Below are positions 56,420 through 64,000 of a DNA stretch of 64,000 bases, one piece after another. The DNA lies in the NCBI GenBank assembly GCA_963807945.1, contig CAWEDT010000006.1:1-64000 (forward strand), written 5' to 3'. The number at the start of each line of letters is the position of its first letter. Within the stretch, counting starts at the first letter, position 1. The position numbers and the translations under genes were made by a program. The notes beneath the pieces were generated by a model, which saw only the letters and a list, made by a program, of their open reading frames with translations, was not told the origin of the DNA and made no database searches. The DNA comes from an uncultured Actinomycetes bacterium (GTDB taxonomy: Bacteria; Actinomycetota; Acidimicrobiia; IMCC26256; PALSA-610).

Positions 56420-57509
56420 ATGAGCCACGCGGAACGATTGCTGCTCGGGCCCGGCCCGTCGAACCCGTATCCCGAGGTGATGGAGGCGTTCCAGCGTCCC
56501 GTCCTCGGGCACTTGGATCCTGATTTCCTGGTCGTGCTCGACGAGATCGGCGACCGGCTGCGCGCGGTCTTCCAAACTGCGAATACGTTGACGTTGCCGA
56601 TGAGCGGCACCGGTTCGGCCGGGATGGAGACGTGCTTCGTCAACCTGATCGAGCCGGGTGACACCGCGATCATCGGCGTGAACGGCGTGTTCGGCGAGCG
56701 CATGTGCGAGGTGGCGCGCCGGTGCGGTGCCGAAGTGGTGCGCGTCGACGAACCGTGGGGCCGCGCCATTGATCCGCAACGGTTGCTCGAGGCCCAACGT
56801 GCCAACCCCGGCGCGCGGGTGCTGGCGGTCGTGCACGCGGAGACGTCGACCGGCGTCGAGAACGACGTCGCGCCACTCGCCGCGATCGCCGACACCGACA
56901 CGCTCCTGATCGTCGACATGGTGACGTCGCTCGGCGGTATCCCCGTGACCGTCGACGAGTGGCGGATCGACGCCGCGTATTCGGGCACGCAGAAGTGCCT
57001 CGGCGTTCCGCCCGGCCTCTCACCGGTCACGTTCTCGGATCGTGCGGTCGCGCGTGTCCGCAGCCGAGAGCAGCCGCCGCAGTCGTGGTATCTCGACCTC
57101 GGTCTGATCGCCGACTACGTCGGCAGCGCGCGCCGGTACCACCACACCGCGCCGATCTCGATGCTCTACGCGCTCCACGCCGGTCTCGGCGTGCGTGCTC
57201 GACGAAGGACTCGAAGCCTCGTGGTCGCGGCACACGCAGGTCGGCGCGCACTTGCAGCAAGCCTTGCCCGAGCTCGGCTTCCGGCTGTTCGCGCAGGAGC
57301 GCCGGCTCCCGCAGCTCACGTCGGTCTGGCTCCCCGAAGGAGTCGACGACGCCAAGATCCGCGGCGAGCTGCTCCACCGTTACGACATCGAAGTCGGCGG
57401 CGGACTCGGCGAGCTCGCGGGCAAGGGCTGGCGCATCGGCCTCATGGGCCACGGCGCCCGCGAACAATCAGTAACCACCCTCCTCGGCGCCCTGCAGGAG
57501 CTCCTCTAG
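56420..57509 (+). CDS. Class V aminotransferase (alanine--glyoxylate/serine--pyruvate aminotransferase-like); 1 frameshift about 57190
   Basis: [36 protein letters not shown]... ...[17 protein letters not shown] has the PLP-binding Lys. Confidence 0.8.
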
Positions 57510-58159
57510 AGCGAACCGGCGTGACTTCGCCGCGCTATGCGCGGCCAACTCACGCAGGTTCGGGGGTTGTGGGTTCGATGAAGAGGTTGTCTGCGGTAGA
57601 AGCGGAGCTCTTCGATCGACTCGCGGATGTCGTCGAGGGCGCGGTGGTGTTCCGACTTGTTGGGGCGCTGCTTGTAGACGGCGGGGTACCAGCGGCGGCA
57701 GAGCTCTTTGATCGACGAAACGTCGATGCTGCGGTAGTGCAGGTAGTCGTCGAGCTCGCGCATGTACGCGGCGAGGAAGCGGCGGTCGGTGCCGATGCTG
57801 TTGCCGCAGAGCGGCGCCGAGGATGCGGTCGGCACGTGCGTACGCACGTACTCGAGCGTCGCCTTTTGGGCGTCGGCGACGCTGATCTCCGACTCCTCGA
57901 TCTTGGGGAGCAGTCCCGACTTGGTGTGCATCTCGCGCACGAAGTCGCCCATCTGCTTCAGCGATTCCGGCTCGGCGTGGATGATGAGCTCGATGCCGTC
58001 GTCGAGCGCGTTGAGGTCGGCGTCGGTCACGATGCACGCGATCTCGACGATGACATCACGCTCGACTTCGAGGCCCGTCATCTCGAGGTCGATCCATACC
58101 AGCGGGTCATCGGTGCTTCGTTTCGGCCACGCTTCGCACGCTACCGGCTCGCGCGGCAC
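57506..58159 (-). CDS. orn: Oligoribonuclease (3'-5' exoribonuclease, DEDDh); start and 3' end approximate
   Basis: ...[27 protein letters not shown]... ...[13 protein letters not shown]...[14 protein letters not shown]. Confidence 0.8.
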   Translation of the reverse strand: MPREPVACEAWPKRSTDDPLVWIDLEMTGLEVERDVIVEIACIVTDADLNALDDGIELIIHAEPESLKQMGDFVREMHTKSGLLPKIEESEISVADAQKATLEYVRTHVPTASSAPLCGNSIGTDRRFLAAYMRELDDYLHYRSIDVSSIKELCRRWYPAVYKQRPNKSEHHRALDDIRESIEELRFYRRQPLHRTHNPRTCVSWPRIARRSHAGSL

Positions 58160-58176
58160 GGGTAGATTCCCCGCCG

Positions 58177-60136
58177 ATGCCCGCTCCCGCCGTCGTTTGG
58201 CGCCCCGACGCCGATCTGCTGGAGCACAGCAACGTCGCGCGCTTCATGGCGGCCGAGGGCATCGCAACGTTTCCCGACCTGGTCGCGCGCTCGATCGACG
58301 AGCCGGAATGGTTCTGGGACGCGGTCGTTCGCTTTCTCGACATCCGCTTCTCCGAGCCCTACGACCAGGTGCTCGACGTGAGCGACGGCATCCCGTGGGC
58401 CAAGTGGTTCACCGGTGGCCGCTGCAACATCGCGGTCACCTGTCTCGATCGCCACGCCGACGATCCCGAGATCCGCGACCGCGCCGCGATCGTCTGGGAA
58501 GGCGAAGAGGGCGACGTCCGCACACTCACGTGGTCCGAGCTGCGCACCCTGACCGATCGCATGGCCGCGGGGTTCGCGGCGCGCGGCGTGAAGTGCGGGC
58601 GACGCGGTCGGGCTCGTTCCTTCCGATGGTGCCGGAGACGGTGGCCGCGTTGTTCGCGGTCGCCAAGCTCGGCGCGATGTTTCTCCCGATCTTCTCCGGT
58701 TACGGCGCCGACGCGGTCGCGGTCCGCCTCGAGGATGCGAGTGCGGTCGCGCTCATCACCGCCGACGGGTTCACGCGGCGCGGCAAGACCGTCGCCGATG
58801 AAGGAGACCGCCGACGCCGCGGTCGCGCAGGTCGCGACCGTCCACACCGTCGTCGTCGTGCCCCGGCTCGGACGCACCGATCTGCCGATGACGCCGGGTC
58901 GCGATCTCACGCTCGACCGAGCTCACCCGCGATCAGCCTGATCGCTTCGACGCGCGTGGAGGTCGAGAGCGAGCACCCGCTGTTCGTCGCGTACACGAGC
59001 GGCACGACCGGCAAGCCGAAGGGCGCGGTCCACGTGCACGGCGGCTTCCTCGTGAAGATCGCGGAGGAAGTCGCGTTCCAAACCGATCTGCGCGGCGGGC
59101 GAGCGTCTGTTCTGGCTCACCGACATCGGCTGGATCATGGGCCCGTGGGAGATCATCGGCACGCTCGCCAACGCGGGCACGCTGGTGCTCTACGACGGCG
59201 CGCCCGACTATCCCGATGCCGGCTCGCCTATGGGCGTTCGTCGAACGCCACCGCGTCAACGTGCTCGGCGTGTCGCCCACGCTCATCCGCGCGCTGATGG
59301 CCCACGGCGACGCGCCGGTGAACGCGCACGACCGCTCGTCGCTGCGCGTGCTCGCCAGCACCGGCGAACCGTGGAACGACGCGTCCGTGGCATTGGTACT
59401 TCGATGTGGTCGGCGAGGGTCGGTGCCCGGTCATCAACATCTCCGGCGGCACCGAAGTGGGCGCGTGCTTCTTGTCGCCCCACGTCGTCGCGCCGCTCTC
59501 GGCGTGCTCGCTGGGCGGACCCGCGCTCGGCATGGCGGTCGACGTGTTCGACGAGAGCGGCCATCCGGTGCGCGGCGAGGTCGGCGAGTTGGTTTGCACC
59601 AAGCCGTGGCCGGGGATGACTCGCGGCCTGTACAAGGATCCGGAGCGCTACCTCGACACCTACTGGTCGCGCTGGCCGAACGTGTGGTGGCACGGCGACT
59701 TTGCGAGTGTGTCCGACGACGGTCAGTGGTTCCTCCACGGCCGTTCCGACGACACGATCAAGCTCGCGGGCAAGCGGCTCGGGCCGGCGGAGGTCGAGAC
59801 GATCGTGGTCGCGCACCCGTCGGTGATGGAGGCCGCCGCGATCGGCATACCCGACGCGTTGAAGGGCGAGGCGCTCTGGGTCTTCGCCGTGGTCGGCCCC
59901 GGATCGACCGCCGACGACGCGCTGCGCGCCGAGCATCTCGAAGCGCGTCGTCGACGCGCTCGGCCCGTCGTTCAAGCCCGCGGCAGATCCGGTTCACGAC
60001 CGCGCTGCCGAAGACGCGCAGTGCGAAAGTGCTGCGGCGCGCGATCCGCGCCGTCGTCACGGGCGACGCGCCCGGCGACCTGTCCGGACTCGAGGATCCC
60101 GCGACCCTCGACGCGATCGCGGAGAGCGTGGCATGA
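58177..60136 (+). CDS. AMP-forming acyl-CoA synthetase (acetoacetyl-CoA synthetase-like); >=4 frameshifts
   Basis: ...[17 protein letters not shown]... ...[22 protein letters not shown] (AMP motif) ... [12 protein letters not shown] ... [20 protein letters not shown]. Spread over ORFs 58177-58941, 57762-59297, 59137-59619, 59406-60851 and 59216-60136. Confidence 0.75.
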
Positions 60137-60740
60137 CCGAGCTCGTCGGATCACGCGTGTTGCTGCGCCCGCTGCGGCCCGAAGACTGGGAGGCGTGGCG
60201 CGAGGTGAGAGTCCGCGTGCCGCGACTGGCTCGAACGCGTGGGAGCCGATCCCCGAGCCCGGCAGCGCCGATCCCGCGCTCGACTACGAGGCGTTCCGCG
60301 CCCGGTGCGCGGCGTGGGAACGGCAACGTCACTTCGACGCGGCGTACGGCTTCGGCCTGTTCCTCGCCGACGGCCGCTTCGCGGGCGAAGTCAGCCTCGG
60401 CAGCGTGCAACGCGGCCCGTTCCAGATGGGGTACATCGGCTACTGGATCGACGAAGCGTGCGGCGGCAACGAGTACATGCCCGAAGGCGTCGTGCTGCTG
60501 ATCCGGTACGCATTCGAGACGTTGCGCATGCACCGGCTCGAAGCGGCGATCGTGCCGCGCAACGCGCCGAGCCGCCGGGTCGCGGAGAAGCTCGGACTGC
60601 GCGACGAGGGAACGGCGCAACGGTTCCTGCAGATCCAGGGGGTCTACGAGGACCACATCCGCTACGCGATCACGCTCGAAGAATGGCGCGAGCGCGCAGC
60701 CGAGTTGGTCGCGCGGTTCGTCGTCGCGCTGACGCCGAGC
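60133..60740 (+). CDS. GNAT acetyltransferase, RimJ/RimL-like; 1 frameshift about 60210; 3' end approximate
   Basis: [26 protein letters not shown]... ...FQMGYIGYWIDEACGGNEYMPEGVVLLIRYAFETLRMHRLEAAIVPRNAPSRRVAEKLGLRDEG. Confidence 0.7.
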
Positions 60741-61230
60741 CTGGGACGAGTCTCGTCGTCGGGCTCGGACCGCGCTTTGCGGTACAGGCTGTCGAGCACC
60801 TGGCGCATCTCGGGATCGAGCTGCGAAGGCTCGAACATCGTCGTGTGCTGAATCGCGTCGGCACGCGCTCGAGGCGCGCTTTCGAGAGGTGGGGCCGGAA
60901 CGTACGGCGGCGCGGCGAACGCCGGCGGTGCTTCGGCCTCGGGAGCTTCGACGGGCGGCTGGGCTTCAACTGGCGCGGCGCTTCGGCTGCTGCCGGCGTC
61001 GCGGGCGGCCGGGTCCGCGGCGACGAGCGGATCGTTGGCGAACGATGCCTGCGCGCCGTTCGGCGCGCTCGGCGAGCAGTAGATCCATGTCGGTCGGCGC
61101 CTGCGTGCCGAAATGCGTCTTGTCGCCGAGCACGATCGGGCGGCCGCGGCGATGAAGCTTCTTGTGGCACGACGGGCAGCGCGCTCGCGTCGGGATCGGC
61201 GAGCATGAACAGACAGGTCGGGCAGCGGAA
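60662..61230 (-). CDS. Hypothetical zinc-ribbon-containing protein with Pro/Ala-rich linker; >=2 frameshifts
   Basis: ...FRCPTCLFMLADP...CPSCHKKLHRRGRPIVLGDKTHFGTQ (2x CxxC), then a Pro/Ala-rich segment, then ...TTMFEPSQLDPEMRQVLDSLYRKARSEPDDE. Confidence 0.35.
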
Positions 61231-61341
61231 GAGTCTCCAACGCCGATACCCCCTCTCGTCCCGAACCGGTGAGAAGCCCAAACCGGTAGCACGTCCCGAA
61301 CCGGTGAGAGCTACGTATCGTACGAAGCGGGATGCTTCGGG

Positions 61342-62091
61342 TCAATGGCCTATCGGGGGCGAAACCAGCCCTGTCCGAGCGACCAGGTCTGGCGGGTCAC
61401 CTCCGCCGCGACCGCAGCATCGAAGTCGGCGCTGCCACGGGGCCTCGCGGAGCGTAGCCGCGGCGGCCGCGCTCAGCTCTTCGGGAATCGCGGCCGCGCC
61501 CGAGGCGAACTCGACCGCCCGGTCGACGAGCTCACCGTCGGGATAACACGCCCAGGCGAGCCCGACCTCGGCGGCGCGGGCACCGTCGATCCGCTCGCCG
61601 AACAACATCATCGCGGCCGCGGCTTGGGGACCGACGGCCCGCTCGAGCAGCCACACGTGCCCGCCGCCCGGGTGCAACCCGATGCGCAGGAACCGGGTAT
61701 CGAAGCGCGCCGACTCGCCCGCGATGCGCACGTGGCACGCGAGCGCGAGGTTCATGCCCGCGCCGACCGCCGGGCCGTTGACCGCGGCGACGGTCGGCAG
61801 CGATGAGCGCAGCACGCGCAGGAACCCTTCGTAGATCGACGTGATCGAGCGACGCCCGCCTTCGGTCTTCTCGCCCGAGAGCGATCCGAGCGCGGCAACG
61901 TCCGCGCCCGAGCAGAACGCGGGCGCTGCGCCGGTCATCACGACCGCGCCGACCGACTCGTCGGCTTCGAGCGCGTCGAACGTTTCGACGATCTCCGCGA
62001 CCATGGTCGCGGTCATCGCGTTGCGGCGCTCGAGGTCGACGAGCGTGACCACGGCGACGCGATCGCGTTGCTCGACGCGAATGTGCTCCAT
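61342..62091 (-). CDS. Enoyl-CoA hydratase/isomerase (crotonase) family
   Basis: MEHIRVEQRDRVAVVTLVDLERRNAM...AVVMTGAAPAFCSGADV...AAVNGPAVGAGMNLALACHVRIAG. Confidence 0.8.
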   Translation of the reverse strand: MEHIRVEQRDRVAVVTLVDLERRNAMTATMVAEIVETFDALEADESVGAVVMTGAAPAFCSGADVAALGSLSGEKTEGGRRSITSIYEGFLRVLRSSLPTVAAVNGPAVGAGMNLALACHVRIAGESARFDTRFLRIGLHPGGGHVWLLERAVGPQAAAAMMLFGERIDGARAAEVGLAWACYPDGELVDRAVEFASGAAAIPEELSAAAAATLREAPWQRRLRCCGRGGGDPPDLVARTGLVSPPIGH

Positions 62092-62104
62092 CAGATGTGA
62101 TCCT

Positions 62105-63140
62105 TCAGTCGTTCCGGATCACCGCGGGTGAGTGCCGGAAGAAGTCTTCGACCTCGCGCTCGTATCGGTAGGTCGGGTTCTTGTCGCCGATCGTCTTGGC
62201 CAGCCGCAAGCCGCGTGCGAATGCTTCGACCGTCGCCGCGTTCGAATACTGGTACCGGAAACCCGCCTGCTGGTACCGGGTGTTGTCGAGGGTGCGACCG
62301 AAGCGGAGCAGTTGCAGTGCCTCCGGCGGAAGATCCCAGAGCCGCAGCCGGCGCAGCGGTTCGGCCGCGAGGTTCGTGAGGACCGGTGAGAGCGGAACGC
62401 GCGGCTTGCCTACCAACGTGCAAACTTCGCTCCACGGCATGTTGCCGTCGGCGGCCACGTTGTAGACGCCGGGCACGTCGTTGTTCGTCGCGTACATCAG
62501 CGCGCCCACCACGTCGGCCTGATGCACGAACTGCACGCGCGGATCGAAACCGAGGATCTCGGGCACGACCGGCCGCCGCAGCGCGAGCGCGAACGGCGTG
62601 TCGAGATCGTCGCCGAGCACGTTGGTGAAGCGCAGCAACGTGACGGTGACGTGCGGGCTGTCGTCGGCGAAGTCCCGCAGGAACGCCTCGACCTCGAGCA
62701 GCGACCGCTCGACGTTGGTGGTCGGCGGGCTCTTGCGCGTCATCTCTTCGCGGAAGAAGTAGGGATCGGCCCGGCTCGCGCCGTAGACGAGGCCGGAGCT
62801 CTTGAGCACGACCTTGCGCACGGGGCTTCCGGATGCGCCCGCGGCCGCGAGCAAGCTCATCGTCCCGATCACGTTGATCTCGTGCAGCGTGCGCCCGCTC
62901 GCGCGCGTGGAGTCGACGATCAGGTGCGTGTGCACGATCGTGTCGACCTGAGTCGCGGCGACGATGCGCGCCAGGATCGAATACGTCGAGTCGGTGCGCA
63001 CGAACTCGGTGCGTTCGAGCGGGATGCGCGGGTCGCGCGTGTCGACGCCGACCACCACCTCGACGTCGGGCCGGCGCTCGAGCTCCTGCGCGACCCGTGC
63101 CGCCCCAGAACGTGCTCAACCCCGTGACGAGAACGCGCAC
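62105..63140 (-). CDS. NAD-dependent epimerase/dehydratase (extended SDR); 1 frameshift about 63095
   Basis: MRVLVTGLSTFWGG... ...HTHLIVDST...VVLKSSGLVYGA. Confidence 0.75.
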
Positions 63141-63145
63141 GCGAG

Positions 63146-64000
63146 CTACCCGAACCAGACGCTGCGGCGCGTGCGCAGCATGTCGTAGAGGGCTTCCTGC
63201 ACGGTCTGGCGAATGCGCTCCGACTCGTCCATCACCCGGCTGCGCGAGTAGCGCTCCTGATCGGGCGCGACGTCGAAATGCACCGGCGGCAGCACGCGCA
63301 GCCGGAACTTCGACGGGAGATAGCCGACGAGGCCGAGCGGACCCATCATGAGCATGTTCGCGGTGACGGGGAAGTAGGGGATCCCGAGCACCTTCGCGGC
63401 GCGGCTGCTCTTGAACACGATCGGCATTGCCTCTTCGGCGCCGACGACCGCGATCGGGATCACCGGCACCCCCGCGCGCATGGCGATCTCGACGAAGCCG
63501 CCGCGGCCGAACCGGTGGAGCTGGTAGCGCTCGGTGAAGCGTTTGCCGGTGGCTTTGGCACCCTCGGGGAACACGAGCACGAGCTGACCCTCGTCGTGCA
63601 GGAGCCGGTACGCATTGTCGGGATGCGCGGCGACGCCGCCGCCGCGCGCCCAGAGCGTGCCGACGCCGGGGATCGCTCGGAAGAGATTCTCGGCGAGGCC
63701 GTAGACCTTGCGGTTCAGTCGGGTCTCGATCCCGTGCATGATCGCGGGCGCGTCGGGCGGGATCGCGCCTGCATGGTTGGCGACGATCAGGGCGCCGCCG
63801 GTGCCGGGAGGCGGTCGAAGTTCTCCCACTCGACCCGGTGCCAGTACTTGTAGATGGGGTCGTAGATCCGGCGGGACAATGCGCGGAAGTGGTCGCTGCG
63901 GCCCCATGCGTCGACGTCGGAGCGGCGGACGTCGGGGACTGTGGGCTGGTCGGCCGGGCCCCGCCAGGGCACCGCGACGAGCTGGCCCTTCTGGTCGATC
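63146..64000 (-). CDS. Lysophospholipid (1-acyl-glycerol-3-phosphate) acyltransferase family (PlsC-like); partial, continues beyond window end; 1 frameshift about 63810
   Basis: ...ALIVANHAGAIPPD (H(x4)D-like acyltransferase motif) ... VLVFPEGAKATGK ... PVIPIAVVG. Confidence 0.7.
   Translation of the reverse strand, partial: DRPEGPARRGALAGPGRPAHSPRRPPLRRRRMGPQRPLPRIVPPDLRPHLQVLAPGRVGELRPPPGTGGALIVANHAGAIPPDAPAIMHGIETRLNRKVYGLAENLFRAIPGVGTLWARGGGVAAHPDNAYRLLHDEGQLVLVFPEGAKATGKRFTERYQLHRFGRGGFVEIAMRAGVPVIPIAVVGAEEAMPIVFKSSRAAKVLGIPYFPVTANMLMMGPLGLVGYLPSKFRLRVLPPVHFDVAPDQERYSRSRVMDESERIRQTVQEALYDMLRTRRSVWFG

Overview
High-GC (~68-70%) actinobacterial chromosomal segment. The right half carries the conserved housekeeping block metG-tatD-rsmA(ksgA)-ispE ... 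tRNA-Gln-glmU-prs-rplY-pth-mfd-PPIase lipoprotein-mazG-SPFH-eno-ftsB-like-DUF501-ppx, which matches the Mycobacterium/Corynebacteriales gene order I recall. The left 8 kb looks accessory and plasmid- or island-like. It holds a partial ParA ATPase gene at the window edge next to a low-GC repeat-rich region, a degenerate sortase-like gene, a secreted PstS-like binding protein, a DUF4352 lipoprotein, a DUF222/HNH (REP13E12-type) endonuclease, and a cadI-arsR-aquaglyceroporin-arsC metal(loid) resistance module. The middle (9-35 kb) is dominated by lipid metabolism: acyl-CoA desaturase, crotonase + DECR-like SDR, ALDH, acyl-CoA dehydrogenase, WS/DGAT wax-ester synthase, thioesterase, and a HAPMO-like Baeyer-Villiger monooxygenase. 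A lower-GC insertion of uncharacterised membrane and hypothetical genes sits between ispE/bS22 and tRNA-Gln. One caveat applies throughout: about 35 of about 70 genes, including essential ones (metG, mfd, serC, rsmA), are split across reading frames by apparent single-base indels, roughly one per kb. I read this as sequence or assembly error, not biology, so many coordinates below span two or three ORF-track fragments. I found no CRISPR array, no rRNA, no intact transposase, and no clearly novel multi-gene system. The most interesting loci are the ParA/repeat region, the metal(loid) module with its small Cys-rich ORF, a TnpB-like N-terminal fragment, a YchF paralog with a degenerate P-loop, a 36-aa highly basic ORF, and the low-GC insertion upstream of tRNA-Gln.
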